Source of the DNA: Macrostomum lignano
Lineage: Eukaryota
Assembly: GCA_002269645.1 (NCBI GenBank)
Contig: NIVC01000778.1
Coordinates: 62,001 to 126,000, forward strand
Length of the DNA: 64,000 nucleotides
Direction of reading: 5' to 3'
The position numbers and the translations under genes were made by a program. Of the stretch, positions 27,901-40,408 are shown piece by piece. Numbering within the stretch: the first letter of the stretch is position 1; every line of letters starts with the position of its first letter. The notes under the pieces were generated by a model that was not told where the DNA came from, did no database searches, and saw nothing but the letters and a program-made list of their open reading frames with translations.

Positions 27901-30129
27901 AAACCATATGATTCCTAAGGTTGTGCATGTATGTTAGCAATAAGTAATTAAAACCAAAAATTAAAAAAACTTAGCAGTTTACTTTCAATTAATATTTGGG
28001 TAGGTTCAATACAAAAGGATTGTTTTTAAAAACTAAATTAGCTATAAAAAGTTTACAAATGACAAGACATTTTTTGTATGATATACTTTTTCATTATTGA
28101 TACTGAACTACTAATTGAGTTTAGAAATAGTAAAACATATATTAAAAATATATTCTTATTCTAATCTAAAATCCATTTTTATTCAATAAAATTAAAATGC
28201 TAGTATTAAATGATAGCTCTTACATTAAAAAAACAAAGGAGTATTTGAACAAACCTTTAGCTTAGAAATAGAATAGGATATTCCAACAAAATGAGAAATA
28301 AAGCCTTTTAGATTTTTTGCTTTGCCAAGTATAAGGAAATTATAAAAATAGTTTATAAATATTTGATGAAGAATCATAGATAAAGAAAACTTCTCTACTT
28401 TGATTAACAACTCATGACTTTAGAACCTAAGTTTCAGATATTTATTAGATGTAAAACAAGAACTATAGGCCCTAGCCATGAATTATAATAAGCTAGGCCT
28501 AGAATTGGCTCCCCAATGGGAGGTGCTGATTGCTAGTAAGAATCTATAAGTATATATCTATTTACTAAAAAGGTAAATTAAAATGGCCTATGCTTATCCA
28601 AACTAGTATGACGACCAAGTACCATGATTAGGCTATAAGGCCCTCTGGCCCTTATATATTAAGTCTTATAATTATTTAACTTTTTTATTATTTATCCATA
28701 TTTGCTTTTTTTCTATGTATATAAAGCAATATATACATTATATATAATTCAATTCTACTTTGGATAAATATAACAAGCATTGCCTTATAGCATATAGGGC
28801 CTTCAATGATTTTTGCATGGCTCATATATATTATTTAAATACTTATTTCACTTTACTATTTTCAAACTCAAAGCAATATTAATAATTAGCATTGAAATTT
28901 GCTAGGATAGGCTTAAAACTATATTAATTTTAAAAAAGTAGGCCTAATTTGACCATAATTATATTTGTATAAATTTGCAATAAATAGGCCTAACTTATTA
29001 GATTTTCATAAATAAGTGCATTACTTTCTTCTTTTTTCAGTTAATTTTGTTTGCAAATAGAAAGGTAAACAAAGTAAAAAATGCTCACTTAGCTATTTTA
29101 AAGCCAAATAGGAGGCAGATAAATTTGTAGCAGATAAATTAATTAGACACTTATTAAACCTACCCAAAGAAAAAAGATTTAGAATAGTAATCTATGGCTA
29201 AACCAAAATATAAATACTATTTACTAGATTGGAAAATGTAAAATAAATGCCAAAGCAAAAGCAAAAATAAGCCTAATACAAGGCAATGAATGGATAAATT
29301 TATATACTTTAATTATAAATTACTTGTCTTGACTTAATACTTTTTAATAATAAGGTTATTTGATAATAATTTTACAAATTGTTTGAATAATTTTTTATTA
29401 GATTAGACATAGGTCCAAAGAACCATCTTACAAATAAATTTATATAATAGGCTTAGTAGTTAGTTATATTAATCCTATAATTTATCTCTACTAGACGTAA
29501 AATTTAGATGATTATAACTAGAGGTCGGATGGGATTGAAATCTTTGGGCGGGATTGGGATCGGGAATAATTTTTTTCTCGGGATCCCGAGATTTTGGGAT
29601 CGGGATCAGGATCCCATCCGACCTCTAATTATAACACTTAAAGTTACATTCCGTCATTAGTATTGGAAGTTTTTTGATAATATTATTTTCCATATTGAAC
29701 TCATTTTGCTTCACTTTAATAAGTTTAATCTAATAATTGAATAATAAGGCGAAATTATCTATTATTTTTATAAAAATTTTATAAAAAATTGTGATACACT
29801 CATTTATGATTTAGAAACATCCTAGCCATACCCATAGCCATAGGCATAGGGCCTATACTTTTCTTACCTTCAGAATCAGTGAAGATATTCATTCGGCCAC
29901 TAAACATTGCACTAAGCATGCTTTCTTGTTTCAGCAAAGTGGCGACTGAGGTATAATACTTATAACCTCCAACATTCAGCTTGACATACTGACATTGTAG
30001 AGTGGAAGCAGCAGCATCTGGTTTTGCTTTGTGAAGAACAACAAGTTCGCCTGTCTGCCCCTTTGGAGTGATAGAAAGAGGTTTGTCAGGATCATTTACA
30101 CAGATGTCCCTTATAATGTCTTTTGACAT
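24969..30129 (-). CDS. KCTD10: BTB/POZ protein of the KCTD10/KCTD13/TNFAIP1 (BACURD) family, 356 aa; exons 30129..29868, 26760..26253, 25269..24969
   Basis: YVKLNVGG..LSAMFSGRM..SEG|WVMIDRDGKHFGIILNYLRDG..EAKYY, plus the family-specific NRHNNKYSYT..LLKNNELF..FIKDV..CTWTFY and EKKQTKVDF. Junctions G|GTAAGA / CCTAG|G (phase 1) and AG|GTCAGT / CTTAG|A (phase 2); total 1071 nt. Confidence 0.92.
25330..26225. repeat. 27-bp minisatellite filling KCTD intron 2
   Basis: Unit GAAGCGGATCCTAAGGGGCGGATTATG, ~33 copies. Confidence 0.95.
26860..27229. mobile_element. Degenerate copy of MITE family 3
   Basis: Shares GCTCAAAATC.AGTT and GTTGCCAGATTGG.CTCTGATGCCA..AATCCAGTTGC with 49353-49683; ends and TSD are eroded. 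Confidence 0.6.
27760..27933. mobile_element. Fold-back hAT-type MITE (family 2, older copy)
   Basis: Homologous, in inverted orientation, to 49026-49195; 8-bp TSD TTAGCAAT at 27752-27759 and 27934-27941. Confidence 0.8.
29519..29627. mobile_element. 109-bp hAT-type MITE (family 1)
   Basis: Perfect 17-bp TIR TAGAGGTCGGATGGGAT; 8-bp TSD ATTATAAC at 29511-29518 and 29628-29635. Confidence 0.88.
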
Positions 30130-32190
30130 GACGACCGCTAAGTTTCGAGCTTAATAGTGTTAATTTGAACACTCAAGCGCTGCCGCTGCTGTTGTTTGGG
30201 ACGGAAGTATTCAAGCTTTTTCGTAACAGCGAAAGTTTTAAATTGATTCAATTAAGTTTTCTTGAAATAGAATAAGAAAAGGCAGAAGCCTTGACATTTA
30301 CTTATTGATAATTTCACAGCCGGTCTGTGAAGTTCTATCAGAATTCAGGATTCGTTTTGTTGGTTTTGGTTTAGTTTCAGGAATTGATCATTTACAGGAA
30401 ACATTTACTTTAAAAACCAAACAACATGCTTGTTTATTCAAACAATTTTGTTAGCTTTAGATAGCTTTAAACAAATATTAAATCGTTTTTACGGTAAACC
30501 AATATTTTGCTTCTTTATAGCAGTTCGTAATAAAGTTTGATAAATAGTAACCAAATATGTGTTATATGTATCTTTCCATAATTGAGATAAGAAGCCATTA
30601 TCCGATTTCGGACCGACTGGTTTGATTGCTCCCCCCATAAAATTTTCGCGATTAGTGTTTTTGTAATTACATGCGTATTTGAGCATCTGTCGGCCGTAAA
30701 GATTTGTACGTGTAGACGTAAGTCTTTATTAACAGAGCATTTTACGTGTATGAATTTGGCGATTAAATTTCAGATTTAAATGTACATGTACATGTTTAGC
30801 TAAACAGCAATTGAGTATTTCATCTGTAGCGACCTTGTGGTGACCTTTACGAACTTTTCGTACCGCATTTAGTATAAAAAATTTCATTTAAGAAACTTCC
30901 GCGTGAATAGCACTTTCATATTAGGCAATTTAGTAAACTCCTGCGCGCACATGCTGCCAGAATTCTACTATGTTCCGCAAAACAAGCTATATATACGCTA
31001 GGCACTCAACTAGAAACCAAGTGTCTTTTGCTCCTTTGCTAGTACTTACTGCTCTTAACCGAACATCTTTAAACGAACCAACGCCCTCACGCCTCAAACT
31101 CGCTATAAATCCAATCAAGTAATTGGAAGTATGATATAATGTCTAGCGTACTTGAATTGGACCGACGAAAAGTTTACATGTAAATGATGTAACTTCTGTA
31201 ATTTAACTTCATTACAACATGTAACAGCAAATAAAAGGTTCTTTTTTAAGACCTATTGATGCACAATTCAAATTGTATATAAAGAATTAAGTCTAATATT
31301 TTAAGTCGAAAGATTTTGCTGTTTCTAAAGTCGGATTTGTAAGCCAGTATACTCGTATGTACATGTACGCGTCCATCATGTACATACACACGAAAATTTC
31401 CCTGACACATTTCAATAATTACTTCCATAATTTATTCACAAAGACACCGCATTTGAAAGCTAACGTGAAACTAAAAAAACGCCTACTGAAATTATATTCC
31501 AGAATATACAACACGATTTGCTGTCTAAACACATGAATATTATTTTAGATTTAGAGGAACTGAAACTCAATTTGATATAATTTGCTCCATATGGAGTTAT
31601 TAGACAGTTTAAGTATTTAATAAAACAGATATTCTTACCAAAGTCAGTTAATGCAAGTCATTTTTGTATTTGTGGATGATAACATTAATCACGACTTTGA
31701 TTATGGAATAATAAATAAGAAAAATAAGTCAATCAAACATTTTGTGTAAAAATTGTGCAGTTAATAGAATGATAGAATCGTTACTGGAAAATACGATAGA
31801 ATAATTCGCGTGGACGGATTGACAATAAAAATAGAGAAAAAGAAAACTTACAATAATATCATATATAATAGGACAGAAAATAAATAAGGCACAAGTTTCA
31901 TTCCTACTATAAGTAGCTAATTTTAATTAAAAAGATTTTTTCTGCATGTTTAAGAAAGTAGTTTTAGCTGCATCGGACAAAATAAATTTTTATTCGGGAT
32001 CAACTTTGTTAGCTACAACAGTCCGCTGCTCACTACTGCATGATGTTACTATTAGTAGAAGGAGCCGATATGTATCGAAAAAAGCGTTTGTAACAGTAGG
32101 TTCAAATGATAGCAGATCAAGTCATACTAAAAACACGAGCTCCGCTCGGGTTTAAAGAAACGAAACAAAAATGTTCAGATTTAAAATTTA

Positions 32191-35100
32191 TCACACGGCG
32201 CCGTTTCCATTCGGCGCCAAAATTCGCTCTAACATGGCGTCCTCGGCCGGCGCCACAAACGGATTCGACAGATCGCTAGTGATGCTGGCTTCACGACGCT
32301 CCTGCGAGCTTGTCCGAGTTCGAGTCCGAGCTGACGATGCGCGAGCTGACGAAAAGTTCGGCGCCGTGGATGGCGCCACCGCTAGGGCTGGTACAGCAGT
32401 GCGAGGCCGGGCCAAACCCAGTCCAGTGTCCGTGCGACGCTGCTTCAACTCCGTGGCCGTCTGAATTCTACGACGGGCCAGCTGGGGCACCAGGGCGGAC
32501 ATCTGCGGATCGGCCGCGGCGGCGGCTTCCCGACGTTGACACTCCGCATCGCGCTCCTGACGGCGCCTGGCGGCCAATTGCTCAGATTTGCGCTGGGACC
32601 AGTCGTCGAAGCTCAGTCGGACCTTGAGTTTATTGTGAAATTGTTCAAGTTTGAGGCGATTTTTTCGAATTCCTAGCTGAATGTTTCATTCGGAATTCCC
32701 CCTCTAACAATGTTTGACTGGGAATTCCCCATCTTCCCGATGTTTGACTATGAATTCCCTATCTTTCCGGAGTTTAATTCGGAATTCCCCTTCTTACAAT
32801 GTTTGACTGGGAATTCCCCATCTTCCAGAGTTTGATCGGGAATTCCCCATCTTTCCTATGTTTGCTTGGGAATTCTCCATATTTCCAGAGTTTTATTAGG
32901 AATTCCCCTTCTTACAATGTTTGACTGGGAATTCCCCATCTTCCAGAGTTTGATCGGGAATTCCCCATCTTTCCTATGTTTGCTTGGGAATTCTCCATAT
33001 TTCCAGAGTTTTATTAGGAATTCCCCATCTTTCCAGAGTTTCATTGGGAATTCCCCATCTCCCCAATGCTTGATTGGGAACTTCCCATCTTTCCCGAGTT
33101 TAATTGGGAATTCCACATCTTTCCAGAATTTGATTGGGAATTCCCCATCTTTCCTATGTTTGATTGCGAATTCCCCATCTTCCCAAAGTTTGATTGGGAT
33201 CCCCTATCTCCCCAATGTTTGATTAGGAATTCCCCATATTTTCAATTTTAAATCGGAAATTCCCTATCTTTATGATGTTCAATTGAGAATTGCCCTTCTT
33301 GCAATATTTGATTGGGAATTCCCCTCTTTCCAATGTTAGATAGGGAATTTTCCATCTTCCCTATCTATGATAGGGAATTCCCAGCCTTCATTGGGAAATT
33401 GGCCAGATGGGTTGCCGTGCGATTCACAGCCACGAAGGCCAACCCCCAAGGCACAGAGAGTGTACATGCCTCGCAATTAGAAAGTCAGAACCCCTGTACA
33501 CCCTGTGTGAGCGTGTGCATGAGTGCCGTGCCTGCGTACAGTATTGGCGCGCTTGTGTGTGCTCAGGAGCCAGCGAAATGGGCAGAATTGCCCCAGCGCT
33601 GGTTAAGGGACGATGTCAGAGTGGCCGGCCACAACACGGTTGGCTGCTCACCTCAGACTGCTGCTGCTGCTGCTCAATAGCCAGCTGTTCGCCGCGATGA
33701 ACAAGCGGACCAGTTTCTGATTTAACAAGCGGCTGTCCAATAATACCCATTCGAACCTGCCTGCCAGAGAAGCTGGCCCCAGCCGTGCCCAAGATGGCTG
33801 GCGATCGTTTAAACACGGAATTGTGCACCGGCTTGGCGCTGCCAGGGGGCCGGTGACCCCCCTGACGGGGCCGATTCTCCAGGGCTGCGAATGCGGCCTC
33901 CTGGTCCGATAGTGGCAACGGCTGCGGAGAGTTCGCGAAGACGTTTTTGTAATAGGAACCGTATATGATAGGGGAGGTGGCGCCAGATAAACTACATGAT
34001 AGGGGAGGTGGTGCCAGATAAACTACATGATAGGGGAGGTGGCGCCAGATAAACTACATGATAGGGGAGGTGGCGCCAGATAAACTACATGATAGGGGAG
34101 GTGGCGCCAGATAAACTACATGATAGGGGAGGTGGCGCCAGATAAACTACATGATAGGGGAGGTGGCGCCAAATAAACTACATGATAGGGGAGGTGGCGC
34201 CAGATAAACTACATGATAAAGGAGGTGGCGCCAAAATAAACTACATGATAGGGGAGGTGGCGCCAGATAAACTACATTATAGGGGAAGTGGCGCCAGATA
34301 AACTACATGATAGGGGAGGTGGCGCCAGATAAACTACATGATAGGGGAAGTGGCGCCAGATAAACTACATGATAGGGGAGGTGGCGCCAGATAAACTACA
34401 TGATAGGGGAAGTGGCGCCAGATAAACTACATGATAGGGGAGGTGGCGCCAGATAAACTACATGATAGGGAAGGTGGCGCCAGATAAACTACATTATAGG
34501 GGAGGTGGCGCCAAATAAACTACATGATAGGGGAGGTGGCGCCAGATAAACTACATGATAGGGGAGGTGGCGCCAAATAAACTACATGATAGGGGAGGTG
34601 GCGCCAGATAAACTACATGATAGGGAAGGTGGCGCCAGATAAACTACATGATAGGGGAGGTGGCGCCAAATAAACTACATGATAGGGGAGGTGGCGCCAG
34701 ATAAACTACATGATAAAGGAGGTGGCGCCAAAATAAACTACATGATAGGGGAGGTGGCGCCAGATAAACTACATGATAAGGGAGGTGGCACCGGATAAAC
34801 TACATGATATGAAAACTGGCGCCATATAAACTACATGATAGGAGAGGTGGCGCCAGATAACTACATGATAGGGGAGGTGGCGCCAAATAAACTATATGAT
34901 AGGGGAGGTGGCGCCAGATAAACTACATGATAGGGGAGGTGGCGCCAGATAAACTACATGATAGGGGAAGTGGCGCCAGATAAACTACATGATAGGGGAA
35001 GTGGCGCCAGATTAACTACATGATAGGGGAGGTGGCGCCAGATAAACTACATGATAGGGGAGGTGGCGCCAGATAAACTACATGATAGGGGAGGTGGCGC

Positions 35101-38100
35101 CAGATAAACTACATGATAGGGGAGGTGGCGCCAGATAAACTACATGATAGGGGAAGTGGCGCCAGATAAACTACATGATAGGGGAAGTGGCGCCAGATAA
35201 ACTACATGATAGGGGAGGTGGCGCCAGATAAACTACATGATAGGGGAGGTGGCGCCAGATAAACTACATGATAGGGGAAGTGGCGCCAGATAAACTACAT
35301 GATAGGGGAGGTGGCGCCAGATAAACTACATGATAGGGGAGGTGGCGCCAGATTAACTACATGATAGGGGAGGTGGCGCCAGATAAACTACATGATAGGG
35401 GAGGTGGCGCCAGATAAACTAAATAATAGGGGAGGTGGCGCCAGATAAACTACATGATAGGGGAGGTGGCGCCAGATAAACTACATGATAGGGGAGGTGG
35501 CGCCAGATAAACTACATGATAGGGGAGGTGGCGCCAGATAAACTACATGATAGGGGAAGTGGCGCCAGATAAACTACATGATAGGGGAGGTGGCGCCAGA
35601 TAAACTACATGATAGGGAAGGTGGCGCCAGATAAACTACATGATAGGGGAGGTGGCGCCAAATAAACTACATGATAGGGGAGGTGGCGCCAGATAAACTA
35701 CATGATAGGGGAGGTGGCGCCAAATAAACTACATGATAGGGGAGGTGGCGCCAGATAAACTACATGATAGGGAAGGTGGCGCCAGATAAACTACATGATA
35801 GGGGAGGTGGCGCCAGATAAACTACATGATAGGGGAGGTGGCGCCAGATAAACTACATGATAAAGGAGGTGGCGCCAAAATAAACTACATGATAGGGGAG
35901 GTGGCGCCAGATAAACTACATGATAAGGGAGGTGGCACCGGATAAACTACATGATATGAAAACTGGCGCCATATAAACTACATGATAGGAGAGGTGGCGC
36001 CAGATAACTACATGATAGGGGAGGTGGCGCCAGATAAACTACATGATAGGGGAGGTGGCGCCAAATAAACTATATGATAGGGGAGGTGGCGCCAGATAAA
36101 CTACATGATAGGGGAGGTGGCGCCAGATAAACTACATGATAGGGGAAGTGGCGCCAGATAAACTACATGATAGGGGAGGTGGCGCCAGATAAACTACATG
36201 ATAGGGGAGGTGGCGCCAGATAAACTACATGATAGGGGAGGTGGCGCCAGATAAACTACATGATAGGGGAGGTGGCGCCAGATAAACTACATGATAGGGG
36301 AGGTGGCGCCAGATAAACTACATGATAGGGGAGGTGGCGCCAGATTAACTACATGATAGGGGAGGTGGCGCCAGATAAACTACATGATAGGGGAGGTGGC
36401 GCCAGATAAACTACATGATAGGGGAGGTGGCGCCAGATAAACTACATGATAGGGGAGGTGGCGCCAGATAAACTACATGATAGGGGAGGTGGCGCCAGAT
36501 AAACTACATGATAGGGGAGGTGGCGCCAGATAAACTACATGATAGGGGAGGTGGCGCCAGATAAACTACATGATAGGGGAAGTGGCGCCAGATAAACTAC
36601 ATGATAGGGGAGGTGGCGCCAGATAAACTACATGATAGGGAAGGTGGCGCCAGATAAACTACATGATAGGGGAGGTGGCGCCAAATAAACTACATGATAG
36701 GGGAGGTGGCGCCAGATAAACTACATGATAGGGGAGGTGGCGCCAAATAAACTACATGATAGGGGAGGTGGCGCCAGATAAACTACATGATAGGGAAGGT
36801 GGCGCCAGATAAACTACATGATAGGGGAGGTGGCGCCAGATAAACTACATGATAGGGGAGGTGGCGCCAGATAAACTACATGATAAAGGAGGTGGCGCCA
36901 AAATAAACTACATGATAGGGGAGGTGGCGCCAGATAAACTACATGATAAGGGAGGTGGCACCGGATAAACTACATGATATGAAAACTGGCGCCATATAAA
37001 CTACATGATAGGAGAGGTGGCGCCAGATAACTACATGATAGGGGAGGTGGCGCCAGATAAACTACATGATAGGGGAGGTGGCGCCAAATAAACTATATGA
37101 TAGGGGAGGTGGCGCCAGATAAACTACATGATAGGGGAGGTGGCGCCAGATAAACTACATGATAGGGGAAGTGGCGCCAGATAAACTACATGATAGGGGA
37201 GGTGGCGCCAGATTAACTACATGATAGGGGAGGTGGCGCCAGATAAACTACATGATAGGGGAGGTGGCGCCAGATAAACTACATGATAGGGGAGGTGGCG
37301 CCAGATAAACTACATGATAGGGGAGGTGGCGCCAGATAAACTACATGATAGGGGAGGTGGCGCCAGATTAACTACATGATAGGGGAGGTGGCGCCAGATA
37401 AACTACATGATAGGGGAGGTGGCGCCAGATAAACTACATGATAGGGGAGGTGGCGCCAGATAAACTACATGGTAGGGGAGGTGGCGCCAGATAAACTACA
37501 TGGTAGGGGAGGTGGCGCCACCATACAAGCATCGTCGTGAACTAAAAACGCGCCAGAGCGACCCAAACACTTCAGGCGCCATTAAACTAACTCCAGTTAG
37601 CACAAAATCTCACCTCTTGCACGGTTGACTGTCGCTGAGATGCAGCAATATTATTATTGCTATTGGCAGACATTCCATCCTTATCAGTAGATTTAGCCAA
37701 TTTGTTAGCCTTCTTTTTCGACCAATATTGAAACGCCTTCTCTGCGTCTACTTTGCGCTCAGTTTGGCGTTGTTGCGCGTCTAATCGAGCCTGCATTTCG
37801 CGTCGTTTCGCTTCGCGCGCCTCCCGACGTTGCCGACGTTCGGCGCGATTTTTCTCGCGCAACCAAGCGCGCACGTCGGGATTATTAGATTCGGATAATT
37901 TATGATCGGAACCAAATCGGCCAGCCATGCGCTGTGGTGCGCCAACTCGATATCCGTGTAATTGTTGCTGTTGCTGCTGCTGCAGCTGGTCTTGCTCTCG
38001 ATCATTCTCATCTGCTTCGGGCGCATCTTGCTCAGCTGATTGCGAATGCTCCTCCTCATTCGTTTGCTCCCCCTGAGGTGCGGAATGAATAACAACACAC

Positions 38101-40408
38101 TATAATTTGAGAAGTGATTGATTGTTGTAGGAACTACTCTTAGTTCACTCAGAAAACTAGTACAACTATCTATAAATCACAACCTCGAAAACTCCATCCT
38201 TTATTTAAAATCCATTTATATGAAGATCAAGCTCTGTGATTTGTTTCAGTTATTAAGAGTCAGGGGCTGGGTGCACCCTGGCGCACTTTAAGCGACATTG
38301 TCACACAACCGGCGACAGGCATCACTGTCCCCATTCCGCCGACTCCCCTGAGCAGGCGTACAAGCGCGCGGATACTTACGCAGTCATACGCACAGGCACA
38401 CACTTACACAGGAGTGTACAGCGGCCCTAACTTTATTTATTGTTAGGCATGTACACTTCACTGTACCTTTGGATTTGACCCTCAAGCTGGGCGTTAATTG
38501 CACTAGCAGAGCCAAGCCGAGATTCCAATTTAGCCACAAATTAATGCGACTGCACTTGGAATCGAGCCTGGGCCGCTGGCACATCAGAGCGCCGCTCCAG
38601 ACTAACTGGGTTACGGCACCACTATCTACGGCCACGAGATACTTTGGCATTGTCCTAATTTCAACTCGTTGGCATTGTACGATTTGAATCTTATGACAAA
38701 GGAAAATTGGAAGGATTTCCACATTAGGCGTTTTATATCCGACTTTTTAAGAATTGTAGTAGCGATAGTTTGTGTCTTTCGAATCCAAACCGATAATAAA
38801 AAGAAATAAAACAACAATAACCTCTTCAGGCAGTTCATTCTCCTGTTCAGATTCTTGCTTTTCTTGCGCCGATTCTAGAAATACAGTTCGCGCTTCTACA
38901 TCACGACTCTCGTTAGTAGCTTGTCGATGTCGATGCGGTCTTGGATGAGATTGACTATGACTATCCAGTTCTGGAGCAACTCTACCACCCAGCGGGTGAC
39001 TTCTCTTTATAGACGTCGCCGACTCTTTGTCTCGTCCGTCGTGAAACTCTACCCGAGGATGTCGAGCCTGACCGCTACTAATACCGAGCTGATTCTGTTC
39101 CGTCTGCTCACTCTGCTCAGTCACGTGACCCATAATTCTAGCCGTGGATGCGTAGTTCTGCCAAGCCTGCCGGCATTCAGCTACGCTGCGTTGATAGGCC
39201 AATCGAGCCTCGTTGGCATAGTCTCTGGCTAGTAAGCTGTCAATCTCGCTCAGGCGTTGCGCCATTTTTTCTTCGTTACTGATTCGACGATACTTCTGGC
39301 GCAACTGTTTAGCTGACATGGACGGGGCGCGGGAGCCGCGACTGCCGCCGCCAAGAGAGCCGATTGTTGTCGCCGAAGTTGAACGATCGCTAGCCAATGG
39401 CGGCTGCTGCTGCTGCTGTTGTTGATGTGGCTGTGGCGGCCTACAAAACGAATTAATTGAAGCGCGAGACCAAGGAGCCACGGGACCTAACGGCTTCTGT
39501 TGCTTTTTCTTCTTTTTCAATGACTGCTTCTTTTTTCGCTTCTTCTCTTTAGGTTCTACTGGAGACGTTTCGGGCTCAATGGCGGTCACCTGTTGCTCTG
39601 AATTATTGACAGACTGCTCAAGTTCAGCCTTACCAACAGATTCGCAATCTGCAGCTGCTACTTCGTCTACAATCTGATTTTCATTAGTGCATTCATCGTT
39701 AGGATTCTCCTGAACTGAATTGGCACAACTACTAACAGTAGGCTCTGGTTCACCAGGCTCATTATTATTATCGTCAACATCGGACGCTTCATCTTCAGCT
39801 TCCTCTGGGATGACATCGTCGCTAATTGAATCGTCGTGCAAAATAGCTTTTAATAAATCCATGTCCGTTCGGGATCTGTTAGACACCGAGGCTGGACGTT
39901 TTGCCTCTTTAATGTCATCCTGACCGGATGGTTCTTCATCCTTGACATCACCATCATCCTTGACCTTATCATCCTTGACTTCGTCATCCTTGACTTCGTC
40001 ATCCTTGACTTCGTCATCCTTGACTTCGTCATCCTTGACTTCATCATCCTTGAATTCACCATCCTTGACTCCATCATCATCCTTGACTTCGTCATCCTTG
40101 AATTCATCATCCTTGACTCCATCATCATCCTTGACTTCGTCATCCTTGAATTCGTCATCCTTGAATTCATCACCATCCTTTACTTCGTCATCCTTGACTT
40201 CGTCATCCCTTACTCCATTATCATCCTTGAATTCGTCATCTTGGACTTGTTCACGATCAGACTGCTCTTCAAGTTCCTCAGGAATGCAGCCAATATTATC
40301 GCCAGTTGATGCTGGAGAAGAAGCTCTGCTCCTATCAGAAGAGCTGTCTGATCTTTGAGATGCTTCGTTTAATAAATCAGGATCGATCACATCATTTTTG
40401 TAAGACAT
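32191..40408 (-). CDS. Uncharacterised ~915-aa acidic/coiled-coil protein with W-x3-K helices (CCDC181/CCDC34/MAP9-like); exons 40408..38822, 38072..37614, 33921..33652, 32622..32191
   Basis: Four exons joined by three phase-0 GT-AG introns give one open frame ending in TGA at 32191. It contains DDEVK repeats and the helices VRAWLREKN..EKAFQYWSKKK and LSFDDWSQRKSEQ. The first donor (GAG|GTTATT) is weak, and the family assignment rests on a motif only. Confidence 0.7.
32685..33385. repeat. ~30-bp degenerate minisatellite in intron 3 of the coiled-coil gene
   Basis: GGGAATTCCCCATCTTCCAGAGTTTGATC-type units. Confidence 0.88.
33429..33617. repeat. Dispersed ~190-bp element, copy B (inverted relative to A and C)
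   Basis: Aligns by eye to 38294-38482 (roughly 70%) and to 3889-3956. Confidence 0.75.
33965..37520. repeat. 31-bp satellite, ~115 copies, filling intron 2 of the coiled-coil gene
   Basis: Unit ATGATAGGGGAGGTGGCGCCAGATAAACTAC. Confidence 0.97.
38294..38482. repeat. Dispersed ~190-bp element, copy C
   Basis: Shared blocks GACAT.GTC, CCTGAGCA, ACAAGCGCGC, GTGTACAG and AGGCATGTACACT with copy B. Confidence 0.7.

Noticed and set aside
33540-33650. HDV-like or hammerhead ribozyme in the dispersed element (GGCCGGC start)
   Set aside because: No complementary P1 3' strand, no L3/J4-2 consensus, and no CUGANGA-GAAA core.
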